Shown: positions 27,009-41,300 of the stretch, one piece after another
Position numbering within the stretch: the stretch's first letter is position 1
How the letters are laid out: each line of letters opens with the position of its first letter
NCBI GenBank assembly: GCA_016748015.1
Contig: JAAOMT010000303.1
Location: 744,001 to 808,000, forward strand
Source of the DNA: Geosiphon pyriformis uo1
Lineage: Eukaryota; Fungi; Glomeromycota
Reading direction: 5' to 3'
Length of the DNA stretch: 64,000 nucleotides
Translations under genes and position numbers: made by a program
The notes under the pieces: model-generated
Told to the model about the DNA's origin: nothing
The model's input: the letters and a program-made list of their open reading frames with translations, nothing else
Databases searched by the model: none

Positions 27009-27459
27009 GCATACAAATATTTATGAACAGTAACAAGAAGCTGGTAATGCAAAGCCTTCATAAAATAAGTATGAGTGCCAGTAGTACTTCTACTAATAAA
27101 GCCAAAGACCAAATGCAAATCAGGATGCCACACCAAGGATGACCTAAACCAATTAATGTCTGCATGCAAAAAATCCACCATAATTCAAGAACCAAAGCCA
27201 ACTTCCCAGTATGTCCAATGAACAAACCAAAATATATCACAAACAAAATGTCTAAAATTAGCAAAAACAATGCCACCACCAGTTCTAATATAACACTTAA
27301 CAATATGATAAAGGAAATACCAATTAGAGGAACAAATAGTCTTTGTGAAAATATTAGCACACTTATTGTCTAAAACATCCAAATGACTCTTAATCTTATG
27401 ACAACTGACCTCCAAACACTTTTTACAAATAACACTTATAATATGATGATGCTTAACTC

Positions 27460-27555
27460 ATATTTGTTTAAAAAACTTTAAATTATATAATAAAAATAAT
27501 ATAAAATCTTAGTAAAAAATTTTTTTAGCAAATTGGTTTTAGATCTTAAATTATT
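27460..27555 (-). mobile_element. Ghost LINE, piece 2
   Basis: Minus strand LRSKTNLLKKFFTKILYYFYIYNLKFFKQI matches LRSKACL..DFPDAALH.PSLYGLKSF.Q and continues into piece 1 at 16085. Confidence 0.75.
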
Positions 27556-27702
27556 TTATTTTTTTTTATTATTTTTTTTTATTTGTTTAATGAGTGAGAT
27601 CCAAACACTATCTAGTACAATACATCATACAAGTGATCTAAACCAGACGTGAATCATGCTCTTTCTACACGTGACCAGCCACTCAGACTAGTCAGAACAA
27701 CA

Positions 27703-30700
27703 CTAGGCACCTATATGTACCGAGACCAAGTTACCTATACCTGAAAAGAATAAACTAGATCTACGAAACCCAAAACCAATACCATTTGCATCAGCAATAC
27801 CCAATAATCTAACCATATTGGACGAGAGTACCAAAGAAAGACCAGAAACCGAGACAGGAATAGAGCCATCATGTGAAATCAAGCCACCCTTCTTCATAAC
27901 AGCTCTGTGTTTCACACAAACCAGCCAAATATCATCACGGAATGCAAGACAAAAATCACGCACAAATGCCACAATATTCTGAGCCGCTGTTTTAGAGTCC
28001 TTAAAAACAGAAAAAGATTCATGATACCACTCATTGAAAACAAAGCCCTTACATATAGCCACACCAACAACAGCATTGGAAATGCAAGCAAAAAGAGACT
28101 GCGAAACACATGAAGTCGAGTGAGATAAATCTGAGCGCATTTCCCAAACAGATGCATGAGCATTCATCAATCGGGCACAATCACCAGCATCAAATGGGCA
28201 CAAAAACACATGATCTGAAATTTCAACATCGCCACAGAACAAACACATCACACTGGGGTACCCTTTATCATAAAGATGCTTTCGCACAGCAACAGGAAGA
28301 CGATGATGTAACGCCTTCATAAAATACGTTCGATAACCAGCAGCCAAATGAGAGTCTGGATGCCACACCAAACATGACCTCACCCAATCAACATCAGCAC
28401 GTAGGCTGTCCACCAATACCCGAGAACCAGAACTGACCTCCCAATGTGCACGGTGAATAGAGTGGAAAACATTACAAACAAAATGCCTAGAATTACAAGA
28501 AACCACAGTACTACCAGCCTTGAAAAAATGTTCATCGATCCTGTAAGGAAGATGCACACTAGAAGACGCAGCAGCCCTAGCCAAAGTGTCAGCATGCTCA
28601 TTGCCCAAGACTTCAGAGTGACCTCTAACTTTAATCCAATCAACATCCAAATTTTTGCGACAAATGACATTAGAAATATGGCAGCATTCAACCCAACACT
28701 GATTCCTGAAATCTGGACACCCCAACATTAACTCTGACCTGCATGCATCTAAAGTGGCCTGGCTGTCCAAAAACAGATTAACCGAATGAGAAGGAGGGAC
28801 ACACTTGAGAGCCAAAGCAATGGTCTGCAGCTCCGTCATGGTAGAAGAAACCAAACCAGAAACTTCCACACCTAAACCCAAATCAATGTCCTCAAAAAAA
28901 ACAGCAGCACCAGCCTTCATACCAAAAGTACCCAGCCCACACAAAGAACCATCTGTAAACACAGAAAGGTGATTGGAATCAACCTTCAACAAGCGATTGC
29001 AAACAACATTAAACTCGCAAGACTCAAGTACATTAGACGAGTCAACATTCAGTGACAAAAGAGAACAAACGGGAGATGACCCAGAATCAGACAAAAAGCG
29101 AACAGCAGCATTGAACCAATCAGAAATCGGGCCCCAAGAGTCCAGTCTCTTCCACCGCTTGAAAGTTCTCTATTCAAAAACAGAACCAGTTCAATCACGA
29201 AGCTGCTCAACAAAGACAATTCCATATTGCCAAAGTGAAGAGACACATTTATAAAAAGCTAACTTGCCAAGAACAATAGACATTGGGGTCCCCTTTTGAA
29301 AACGAAAAACATTGGTCACGAGACCACCCAGAGAGAGGTCGCAACCCAAAAAAATCCGGACAACACCAGTCAAAAAATTATTCAAAGGACTAATATTAAT
29401 ATGAAAAGGGAAAAACAGGGGGTGATGAGAGTGCCAGCTGAGAATCTGTAAATCATGAGACTTATGCACGAACAGGCAGCCCAAAATACCCACAGAATTG
29501 ACAAAACAAACAACAGCAGTTGACTTGCTCTCGGCCTGGACCTGTTTAAAAGATTTCAACTCGTACAGAGAAGAATAATGAATAGCATCATTGGGAAAGT
29601 CAAGTGGCAAGCCAGATTTGGACTTCAAACCTTTACGAATAATAGCGTCCCATTTTGCATATACACTAATAGGAACAAAACTAAACTGAGTCCTGTAGGC
29701 AATTATGGGGTGAAGAACCACTGACACTAAATACAAAAACTGCTTATCAGAGATAGTCTTTCTCAAAACAAGGTTGGTGAAAAATCGGACATCCAAGCGT
29801 GCCTTAGCCAAGCTAGGCTTCGACAAACCCTCAGTAGACAGAAAGATACCCAAATACTGATGAGACTCTCCCCTTTTGGCTATCAAAATAGGCAAACCAC
29901 TGATCAACAAATGAGGGCTGGAAACTCTGCAATTAATGAGAATAGCCACCATTTTGTCATTATTGATCAAAATGTTATTGACTCAAAAAAACTCACTAGC
30001 AACATTGAGAATATGTTGGGTGGCAGCCTGGCTGCTACCAATTCAAATTGTATTGTCAACAAAAGTACCAGCAGTGAGGAAAGAAGTCAAACCAGCCTAA
30101 GATTCAATGTGACCAGTGTTGGCAACAAAATGAGAGTCTAACCTGTATCCACATATACTTTTTTGTCTCTTGATTTCACACAAAAGAGGATCATAAAATA
30201 TGCACCAGAGAAGAAAAGAAAACACTTCCTCTTGATCCAAACCATCATGTACCCGATATCTATCAGTCAACCCAAAATCCGTCATAACTCTGTTGACCCG
30301 ATCATTGTGGATGCTACCAAAAAACCGAATGAATTTGTTACACATTTTTATTCTGACCAAGCTCTTCCTTAGATGCTCCCAGCCAACCGAATCATAAGCC
30401 TTTTGCATGTCCTGTAAGACCAGCCACAGCTTTCGGTTCTTCTCCAAAGCATCCTCAATGACCGATCTAATAGCGAAAATAGGAGACTGTGTGGTCGTGC
30501 TTTTTAAAACAGAAAAATTATCCCCCCTCAGAATGTTAAAAACACTACAAGCCGATGAAATTCTGTCCAAAAGCACTTTAGAAAGGATTTTGCGAGCCGT
30601 CTCAACCAAAACAATAGAATGGGTATTCATGAGAACACTCTTCCACTCATATGGTTTGGGGATCATTGACACCCAAGCCTTTTTCCAAGGCCCAGGAACA

Positions 30701-32367
30701 GATTCACACTCCAAGCAAACATTCAAAAGCACTAAAAGCATATCCAAAACTGATTTGTTGCAATGTTTCCATAACTCATTCGAAATACCAGAGAGACCAG
30801 CTGCTTTCCCATCAGGCAGGTTTAAAATGACATTAGACATCTTATCAAAATTAATTAGGCTCATTACACCAGAAAAAGCATCATCAAAAACATACTTTAA
30901 AGGCTGATATTGGCGATTTCAGACACCAGTAACATCAGAAACTACATTGCGCTTCCTAGTCCATTCCTCCATAACTGCATCTATTTTGGCCTTTACCAGA
31001 GCGGGCTCCAAAACCAACTCATCATCAACAACCAGATGATCCAAAGTTACTTTGCGAAAAGGACGTTCCAACACACTCCTAATAGTGTGACCTTTGTCCA
31101 ATTCGAAACTCTCCATCCTTTTATCTATCGCCAATCTGATTTGAGATTCCCTAACTCGCACCGCTTCCGACATTTTGGATGTGCGATAAGACTTTTTGAC
31201 CACAGACAAAACTGACCAAATAGCATTGAAGTGGGAACCTGATAGGAAGAAAGACTTCACTGTAGAAGCATTGACTGAATCCAGCCCTTCCCACCTGTCG
31301 AGCAAGGATGCAAACTCCACAGCAGAATCCATATAAGATGCTCTAACTAACTTAGACACCAAGAGTTCAAGCTTGTGAAATTTGGATGAATCCTTGCTAA
31401 AAATTTTATCATATCCCTTGAACCATTTTTTCTTGAAAACCGCCTTAGCAGACAGACACATCACTTTACAGAGAGCAACTCACATCGAATCCAAGTCCGA
31501 GCAGATCCTGGCTGCAAGAAAATTGCCATGAAACATAGCAGCATTTGCTGCTGTATCTTCCTTAAATTTGGCCCATTTACCATCATCTGCATCTTTGCAA
31601 TCGTACTTCCAGCGATCTCTATTTGCTTGCTTACGAGCAGAATTCAACTGAACATCGAGCAGACCACCCAAACCCACTAGCACTGAGACAGCCTGATAAT
31701 CAGTATCAAAGTATTTCCCAACGCCAAACACGTTGCGACCTATTACTGCATTGACCAGATTTGAAGAAACGAACATAAAATCAATTGTCTTAGCAATGCC
31801 CCGAGAATTGGACCAAGTCGGCGATTTTCCACAGGAGCTCCCACCCAAGGCATTAACCAGACCCAAATCCAGACACTTTTTAAAACTTGCACACTTGTGA
31901 GAACCGTCTTCATTGAAATCACCACTGAGAACAACAAAAGAAGATTCATTAACAGCTTTTGCAATGAGAGAGTTGACTTCACCAGCCTGAGAGAACCAGA
32001 CTGCTGAGGAGGCACCAGCGTACAGACCCAGAATAGACACCAAAAGTTTATTTTTGAAAAGTAACTTAATGGACAAGAGCTGACCAGACACCTCTGATAC
32101 TTTGCACACATGTCTTACTAAAGAAGAGTTTATGACGACTGCAACACCAGCACCCAGATATCCAGATTCCAAACCAGAGGTAAACATCCGCACACTATCA
32201 TATTTATTGACAATCCATGGGCAAATTTTCTCTTTTAACTTTGATTCCGTAAAAATAGAAACTAAATTGTTCTTCTCCATATGCCAATGAATGACATTGT
32301 CCTGTTTCGCAATATTGTTCATACCTCTGACATTGCAAGTAACAATATTCCAAACCAGACTGTCCAT
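27703..32367 (-). pseudogene. LINE copy 5 ORF2 (AP endonuclease, RT, RNase H, Cys/His knuckle)
   Basis: All fragments share one frame and are broken only by stops. APE: TCNVRGMN, FTESKL, GDFNE, TIDFMF. RT: LQDMQKAYDSV. RH: FTDGSL, KVRGHS. Knuckle: CLFCGDVEISDHVFLC. Confidence 0.95.
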
Positions 32368-34154
32368 TAAGAAGAAAAAGAATTTGAACCCACCCCAAAA
32401 CTGTCCACTTTGGCTAAAAGTCCCAAAACTGTTTCCATCAGACACTTCATGCTGTCTTCCAACTTGGACACCAAAGATATATCAAAAGACACTGCTTCCG
32501 CAACAATTTCACCACTAGTGGCTGCACCTGAACCCTCACTCATCACTATATCTGCCCCTTAATTCTGTGATGAAGGGGTCACCAACGGCTGACATCCAGG
32601 GCTTGGCTGGGAAACCATTGGCCCAAGTGCATCCAACCTCTTAGCCAGCTTACCCACCTGCTCTGCGAGGCTGGTGAGACTGCACTCAAGAGCAGCAAAC
32701 CTATCATTGACTTCCATCAAAACCGGCAGGGATGGCACCAACTCCGAAGAGGAACCAGATTTTACTGAAGCATTTCGTCCAGAGAGAGGAGGAAAAGAAG
32801 ACCCACTAGCAACCTTTGCCCAAGAGAAACCACCAAAAGAGACTGAATGAGCAACTGGAGCTGATCGCTTGGCATAGATGGCTGCCAATCTGCTTTTATC
32901 TGTGTCTGACAGGACTCTACGCGAAGACAAACCTAAAGAAACTCTCCCACCAATCGCACAGTCCAATGACGTATGGCCTGATTTCCCACACTTGGCACAC
33001 TTGGCTGAAACAAAACAAGACCAGCGTAGATTGGCGCCCCTCAACACTGGCATAGTTCCTATGATGGCCTTCAATGATTCAGCAGAATCAAAACAGACAA
33101 CAGCACACCTAGCCCTAGCATACGTAACCGAATGACAATCAATAACACATGTCTTCTCACCCACAGAACCAATAAAATCCCAGATGTTATGAGTAATCAT
33201 ACCCATTGGCAGAGTATAAAGCAGCGCTCTATGCTGGTCCCTCGCATCTCATGATTCTTTGTCCAAATCTGATCTAGCCATCCGCACAGCATCCTTCTTG
33301 ATTAAGATTGACCACTCTGTCACGACCAAATCGGCGTGTTCTGATTGCTCAAATTCTACTACAGCCTTCTGCCACAGCCCCACCAATTGCATCTTGATCG
33401 ACTTAATTATCCCAAACTCAGAGAGTGCAGCACGCACAGTCTCAGCTGATGTTTCAACTGGAATTTTTTTTAACACCACAGCCCGATCTGAGCGACCAGC
33501 TGATCTCTTAAGATTGGTGTTTACTATGACATTCACACCAGTAGCCTTTTCAGTGGCTTTCATTAGACCTGATTCGGAAGTGAATGTTGCTCTGATGATC
33601 CCTGAGAATTTTGAGGGGGTAGATGCCCCCCCAAAACCATTAATACCAGAAAATAATTTCCTCACCACTACAAGCTTTTCCTGAGAAGATTTGCCGGCCA
33701 CTTTATCCAAGCCAATATCCAACACGAATGACTTCCTGACTGGAACATTGACCAAATTTTTCATAGGAGGAGGGAGCTCAAGAGGAGCATCCGAGAGAAT
33801 ACCATCATCACTACCATCTTTTGAGAAGTCAATCTTTCCCAATGGCTTGTCCAACGCCTTTTTGGTTTTAACCTTCGAATTCGTGGACGTCTGATCATAA
33901 TCTCCACCAGCCAGAGCTCCACCTTCACCATAATCAAAGCTGGTTTTCTCCACCAGACACTCCTCTTCTATATCAACACTTTCAGACTCAGTAGTGTCCT
34001 CAGTCTCCGAATTCCATGAACAACCGCCAGGAACTTTAGCAGCAACCCCTCTATTACCAACACTCTCTGCCAATGCACCTCCCTTCCTCTTTTTTCTTGA
34101 TACAACTATCTTAAAACCACTCTCAGAACCAGAAACTTTAGCAGTTTTTTTCAT
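32367..34154 (-). pseudogene. LINE copy 5 ORF1 (RRM-like domains and CCHC knuckle)
   Basis: One frame with two internal stops. RRM-like VVLKKIP..ALSEFGII..KAVVEF; knuckle CAKCGKSGHTSLDC. The stop overlaps the ORF2 start (TAATG). Confidence 0.9.
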
Positions 34155-34295
34155 AACAGCAATAACAGAGCCAACAGTGGTCTCGTAATTGAAGAACAGT
34201 TTTGATTTATCATACTGAATGATAAAAAACTTCTTTCGAAAAAACTTTTAATTCTTTTTCGGGAATTTTGGATGAAAGAGAGAAAGAAGTTTTCT

Positions 34296-35535
34296 TATTT
34301 ATTTTTAATACATATTTTTAAACACAAAACTGAATTGAAATTTATAATTAATAATTAACTACAAAATTATAAAAACCAAATATAAAAATTGGTTATTTGA
34401 AATTATTTTTTTCAAAATTATATTAATAAAAAACTTTATATTAAAATAAATTTTAGTTATATTAAGTTTTAAAAAACTATTTGTAAATAAAAATATGTTT
34501 AAATAGCTGTGCAATTTTTTTTAACAATAAAAATTAGTGATCTATTAATAATAAAAAAATTATCAATTTACTAATTAATAAAAATAATCATATTGATAAA
34601 AACATTATTAATTTTAAAAAATTTGCTTATTATTTTAAAAATATACTAAATATTAGTTTAAATAATATTATTAATAAAAACATAAACAGTCAAATAAAAA
34701 TAAAACTAATTATTTATATATTTTATTTTGGTTATAAAATAAATATTAATATAATAATTATATAATTATTTATTTTTCTTAATTTTACATAAAAAAAGAT
34801 TGTAAAAATAAAAAAACTTTACTTTAATTCAATCTATTATGTATTTTGTAGTTATTTATAAAATTAAAATCTGTTATTATATGATTGATTTTGTTTTCAT
34901 AAATACCACTAAAAAATTTAATATATTTATCATATATCTTAATTTTTAATAAGCTGTTTTTAGAATAAACTAATTAACTAAATTATATATTTTATATATA
35001 TTTTGCAAAACCAATTATAATTTACAATTTTTTTTTAAAATATTTTTTATAATTAAATTTATAGTAAAAACTGGCAAAAAAATAAATATGTTTTTTAATA
35101 CTAAAAAATTATTATTATAAAAAATAACAAATTTATTATATACAACAAAAATATAATTAAACAAAATCTTAAACAAGATTTTTTAAATATTTCAATTAAA
35201 ATAATTATAAATACTTTTTTTTAGTTATAAATTTTAGAATTATTAATACTTAAATACTTTTTTATTAAATTAAAATAGATTTTAAATCAGACAAAAATTC
35301 AACCAATCTAAAAACAAATAATAATATATTTATTGCAATTTTTTCAAAGTTTATTTAAAATACTAAATAATTTAACAGCTTTGTTATTTGAATAATATTT
35401 AATAATAGTTAAAAGTTTATTATAATTAATTTTATATAACATGTAATTTTGAATTTTTATTAACCAATTAGAATATAAAAATGTTAAAATCTTACAATTT
35501 TAAATGGCACATAATTTATTTATTTAATTAAAATA
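34296..35535 (-). mobile_element. Ghost LINE, piece 3 (RT domain)
   Basis: Minus strand relics LVLQNIYKIYNLVN* (=LVLQDMRKAYDSVGW), IKFFSGIYENKINHIITDF (=IKFFGGIHEDRVNRVMTDF) and QFLYLV..KFQFSFV. Confidence 0.85.
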
Positions 35536-35599
35536 TAGAAATGCAATTTAATTTATATATTAAACTATAGTTTTTTTTTTATTTCTTAATTATAAAACT

Positions 35600-36201
35600 T
35601 TTTAAAACTTTAGATTATAAAAAATTTAGTTGTCTTTTTATTCTTTTTTTGAAAATATTTTATGACTTTATAAGGCTAATACTTATTTAAAATTAACAGA
35701 AAAATTATTAATTGAATTAATAAATTATTTTTGGTTAATTAGTTATTCTTATTATCTTAGATGTTGGTTTTTTTTGTATAATACAACCAATAAAAGTATT
35801 AAAAAATATGTATTACAAATAAAACAACAATAATAAATATAATTGCTTATAGTTAAAAAACAGTAAATATTATATTCAGATATTTTTACTTTGTTATAAT
35901 ATTTTAATATATAAAGTAAATTCAAGTAATAACTATCTTTTCTTTTTATTACAAGTAAAAAAAATTCATTATTTTCTATAAGAAGAATAGCTGTTTTTTT
36001 ATATTATTTAAATAAACAACAAAAAATGTTTTTACAATTTTTAATGTTAAAAAAATAATAATATATTTTAATATAATTTTCTAACTATTGTTAAAACACA
36101 AATTTATTGGTATTTTTTTATCATATTCTGAAAATATAATATTGGCAAAAAAAGAGTTTTTTTATTAGTATATTGTGTTATAACTGCTTTTTTAAAGATA
36201 A
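35600..36201 (-). pseudogene. Zator-like relic copy 2, C-terminal half
   Basis: 35614-36020 is the reverse complement of ~10040-10440. It joins 52997 onward across the LINE TSD. Confidence 0.75.
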
Positions 36202-36347
36202 TTATTATATTGAAAAAAAAAATTTTTTTTCTTGTCAATCCCCTGCCTATGACAAGAGCATAGTTTTTGCTGATAGAATAGCTTTTCCTTTTCCTTTTCC
36301 CTTTTTTTACTTCAGTTATTTCTCTTAATACGCCCCTCTTTGTTACC

Positions 36348-38300
36348 ATAGAACCAGCAAGTTTGTCTGCTGGTGGTTCTGGTTCTGGATTGACTGGGTT
36401 GGGGACCTGGTCTGGCACCAAAAAAAAGATGCGAGTTGAAAGTGTCTACTCTCGTGGTCTGTCGTATAAGAAACCTAGGAAACCTGAGGTTGCTGATGGA
36501 GTTGTAGATTTGTCTGTTGGCTCTCTGCCTGCTGCTTTGTTACATTTGGGCAATGAAAAATGTAAAGTATCTTGGGGAAGTGAAGTTGAAAACAACAAGT
36601 CAAGTGTGAGTGGGGTGTTGGATGTAGAGAATATGGCAAACACTATTGCCAAAGAAACAAGCTACGCAGAATCTGATGATAATAACAAAATGAACGAGAC
36701 TTCACCGAGAAAAACCCGGACCCATATTTACGTGCTAGGCAAACCTCCGAAGGCTCCAACATTTGACTCCATGAGCGATGATAAGAATGCACTTAGTCTT
36801 CCATCTCCAAAAATGTTTAATGGCTCCAATCAGATGCCGTCTGTCAAGTCACGTATTATGGAAAAGCGAAGCTTCAAGCCAGTAAAATCTTTTGCATTAG
36901 ATATTGAGGTTTCGGCAGTACCTGGGAAGACAAATGTTGATAAGTTAATGGCAATTAAAAAAATTTTTTATCGAATTGATGGATTTGGGAGAGCTTCGAC
37001 TCCCTCAAAATTTCCTGGCATAATAAGATCTATATTTACTTCTGAATTAAGTTTGGGTAGGGCAAAAGATATGGCGATCAGTGAGAAAATCATAATAAAT
37101 AATGATCTTAGAAGAGTAAACAGTCATTCAGATTGGGAGGTGATAATCAAGGAGATCTCTGTCAATCTTCCCAAATCTGCGGTTGAGGTGGTGTTTTCTA
37201 AATTTGGAAAAATTGCGTCAATCAAGATGCAGCTTATTGGTTTTTGGCAAAAGGCCTTGGTGAAATTTGAATCATCAAAGGTAGCTGATTTGGTCGCAGC
37301 TAGATGGTCTGTTCTTGTGGGAAAAGATTTTGTTCATGTGGCAAAGGCTGTCAATGATAAACAATCATGGGTATCAAGGGATAGGTTTCGGGCTTTGTTG
37401 TATACTCTTTCAATTGGCACGACTGCTTATAATTTGTCTGAATTAGTGGAGGCTTATAGTGAGAAAACTTGTTTTATAGGCCATAATCCAACTTCATATG
37501 TTCATGATCAGTGTACTGTAATTTGTTTTAAAAGTGAGGCTTCTAAGTTGGCTGCTATTGGTTCGGTTCCGGCCTTTAAGGGTGTGGGCTTGCATTGAGC
37601 TGGTCTTTCTTTGGCCAGTTGTGCTTATTGCAAACTGTTTAGTCATACTGCTATTAATTGTTCTGTGAGTAGGGAGTCTGGTGGTCATGGGAAACATGCG
37701 GTGACTTCTCAGGATAGGGTGCAGTTGGCCAATATTTATAGGAAGAAGCAGGCACCAATTGTTTGCCCAGTTTCTTTTTGTGGAAAGACATGAGCCCAAG
37801 TAGCAGGCAGCTCTCCTCCTCATATTGTCTCTTTAGATGCTTCTGGTGTTGGTTTGATTTCGGGTTTGAACACTTTCTCAATGGATTTATTCTTGTTTAA
37901 TGCCGTTGATTTGGGTGGTCAACTAGCTGTACTGGAACGCTCCATGGAAATTCTCTCGGATCAGGTCTCACTTATTTTAAAGAAATTGAGTTTTGTTGAC
38001 TTGGTGTCTTTGGCGCCCCTCCCCTCAGCTCTTCCTTTAGTGTCTCCAACTGCTGTTGTTTCAGATATGGACTTAGGTTTGGCTTTGGATAGTACATTGT
38101 CATTATCTGCTTCCTCTCTCCTCAACGTTGGTGAGTTGTTTGTTGACTTCAGTCTGAGCAGTTCCAAGGTTCTGACTGCCAAGATTGGCAGTTTGGAGTC
38201 AAATATAATGACTCTGGAGGCTTTAATTCGCTCAGTTTTGGGTAGATTGGATTATTTGCGTTCTGGATCGGGTTTGTCGGCTCTTCCTTTGCCTCAATGA
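36348..38300 (+). pseudogene. LINE copy 6 ORF1
   Basis: One frame; the probable start is decayed to ATA at 36348. RRM-like region and knuckle CAYCKLFSHTAINC. ATGA overlap with ORF2. Confidence 0.88.
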
Positions 38301-41300
38301 GTAGTTTGGTTTGGAAATATGCTACGTGCAACATTTGGGGTATCAATGTTTCTATGAAGCAAGCTGATGTTGTTTGTTGGCATGTGAACTCAGGAAACAT
38401 GGTTTCTTTTATTACTGAGACAAAGTTGAGGTTCTCTTCTGGGCCATGGGTAAAAGATAAATTTAATGGAGTGCAAATTTTTTCTTCGGGATTGGATAAA
38501 AGTTTTATGGGTGCTGGAGTTGTAATTATTATAAACATTTCTTTGGCTCGTCATGTATCTAAGGTGGAGAAAATTCCTGGTCGGGTTGTTTCTGTTCGGC
38601 TCTTGTTTAAAGGCAAGCTCTCAGTTACTGTTTTGGGGTTGTATGCTGGTGCCTCTTCTGGGGCTAGATTTGATCAGGCTTCTGAAGTTAACTCTCTCAT
38701 TGCAAAGGCTGTCAACTCCAGCAATTTTGTTATCTTGGGTGGGGACTTTAATGAGAATGGATCTGGTAAAAGTATTAGTTTCAAGTTTTGTTTGAGTTTG
38801 GGTTTGGTCAATTTATTTGTTGGTCATTATTTGGCTAATTCTCATATGTGGAGCAATTCGAGAGAGGTTGGGAAAACGATTGATTACATTTTTGTTAGTG
38901 GTAATTTGTCTTCTGCTGTTGCTGGTCATTAAGTTGTCTCTGTTTCAGATTTCTTTAACACTGATCACAGGGCAGTTGTGATTTCGGTCAGTTTGGGTGG
39001 GCTTCTGAATGTACAATTGAATAGTTTGCGCAAGCAGGCAAATAAAGATTGTTGGAAGTTTAAAATCAAGAATGCTGACTGTGCTGGATGGGCTAAGTTT
39101 AAGGATCTCTCTTCGGCAAAACTCTTGTCTTTGGATGAGGTGTTCTTTGGTGTTAAAATGCATGGTGATGTAGATGCTATGTGGGCAGTTTTGGTGGGGG
39201 CTGTGGTAGATTCTGCTAATGCGACATTTTTGAGGCATTGGTTTAGTGAATTCAAGTGTTCAAGAAACAAACATTCTTCTAGGTTTTTTGGTCTGGAATT
39301 GTTGGTGGCCAAGATTATTAAGAAATTTTGTTCGGGTGACTTGCTGGGTACTGATCGTCTTGTGAATAAATGGTCAACTCTGGATGATGCAAAGACTCGT
39401 GCTTTCAAGGACTTGGTTGGCTCGGGTGTTAAATCTGATGTTGTTGTTAGGCATTTGTTATTGGTTCACAGAGATTACAGGAGGTCGAAGATGTTTGAGT
39501 TGAGATTGGCTAAGGAAGCTTTGGTTAGGAAGGCGATTGAGAAGCGCATGGATAATTTCTGTTCAGATAAAGATAGTATGATCAGAAGTGTGTTGGAAAA
39601 GCTTTTTCACAAGGTGGTGTTGGATTACTTGATAGTTGATGATGATCTGGTTTTATTGCCTGAAAAGATGAAGTCAAGCATGGATAAGATAATGGAGGGG
39701 TGGACAAGGAAACGCTCTGTGCAGTTAGTGCTTCCTAATCTTTGGGCTCATCAGTACACGCCTTTGGACCATGTTTGGGATGATGCCTTTTTGGGTGTTA
39801 TGAATGCAATCAGTATGGGCAAGTTACTTTCTGTTGTTGGTGGTCTGCCTGATGGCAAGACTGCTGGTTTGTCTGGTGTTCCTAATGAGTTGTAGAAACA
39901 TGGTGGTAAGGTGGTTTTGGGGTGTCTGTTGGCACTGTTTAATAAATGTTTGTCTGTTGGTGTGGTGTCTGTTTTGTGGAAGAGGGCTTGGGTGTCAATG
40001 ATTCCTAAGCCTTACGACTGGGATGGGGTTCTTATAAACACTTGGCCCATTGCTTTGATTGAGACTGCCAGGAAGATTCTTTTCAAGATTCTGTCTGATC
40101 ATATTTTAATGACTTGTAGCAAGTTCAATATTCTTTGAGGTGATAATTTTTCGGTGCTGAAGGGTACGTCCACACAATCTCCAGTGTTTGCTGTTGGTTC
40201 AGTGATTGAGAATGCCATTGAAAAGGATAGAGAGTTATGGTTGGTCTTGCAGGATATGCGGAAAGCTTATGATTTGGTTGGGTAGCATCATTTAAGGGCT
40301 AGTTTGCAGTGTGTCAAGATGTGTGAAAGGTTTATAAGGTTTTTTGGTGGTATTTATGAGGATAGAGTTAATAGAGTAATAACTGACTTTGGTTTGTCTG
40401 GTGGTTATAAGGTGCATGATGGGCTGGATCAAAGTGAGATCTTTTTGCCGCTTCTATGGAGAATTTTTTACGATCTACTTTTGTGTGAGGTTAAGAGGCA
40501 TGAACAATTATGTGAGTACTGGATTATTACTAAGTTTGTTTCAAAGTCTGGCAAAATTGAGAGCAGTAGTGGTTTGACATTGTATTTTTTGGCTGGTGCA
40601 TTTGTTGATGATATAATCTGAATTGGGAATTGTCAGGCTTCTATTCAATATGCTCTGAACATTGCCAGTGAATTTTTTGTGATTAATGATATTTCTATCA
40701 ACAATGAGAAGACAGTAGCTATTCTTATCAATCAGGGTGTTAAAGTTACTTTACTGAGCATTTGCGGTCAGCCAATTTCTATTGCCAAAAAAGAGGAAGC
40801 ACATCGGTATCTAGGTATTTTTTTGTCAACTGAGAGGCTCTCCAAGCCAAGTGTTGCTAAGGCTTATGTGGACGTGCATTTCTTCGTCAATATTGTGCTT
40901 AGGAAAGCTATTACAGACAAACAGTTCTCCTATCTGGTGTTGGCTGTTTTGCAGCCTATTGTTAGCTATTGTATTCAGTTCAGTTTTGTCCCTTCTAATG
41001 TTTGTCACAAGTGGGATGTCTTGATTAGAAAGAGTCTTAGGTATAAGACTTGTCTCCCCCGTGATTTTCTTGATGCTGCTTTGCATCATCCCTCTTTGTA
41101 TGGCCTGAAGTCTTTTGAGCAAATGCAATCAGAAGGGAAGGTTGCTGCTCTGATAATGTTCTCTAATGCCTTTGGTATTCTTGGGCATTTGTTTAGACAT
41201 AGGTTTTTGGATCTGCAGGTTCTTGGTTGGGCTTCTTTGGATCTTTTGCAGTTTCCGGTCAGGTTGTGTATTAGTTCAGTGAACAATTTTTTGGCTGGGA

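Larger units (their letters stand above)
16086..27459 (-). mobile_element. LINE copy 4, short 3' fragment interrupted by Gypsy-B
   Basis: Tail at 16086-16099. C-terminal ORF2 pieces at 16214-16782 and 27009-27459 join in frame (..KYLYA|KSYSSVVC..). 10-bp TSD ATATTTGTTT at 16076-16085 and 27460-27469. Confidence 0.9.
27560..34295 (-). mobile_element. LINE copy 5, full length (ORF1 + ORF2 APE-RT-RNase H; I/Tad1-like group)
   Basis: 5'UTR, ORF1, ORF2, conserved 3'UTR and A-rich tail are all present. Ends are approximate because the TSD is unclear. Confidence 0.95.

Noticed and set aside
30407-33894. Antisense ORFs over the LINEs
   Set aside because: Shadow frames of ORF1 and ORF2, with no recognisable motifs.
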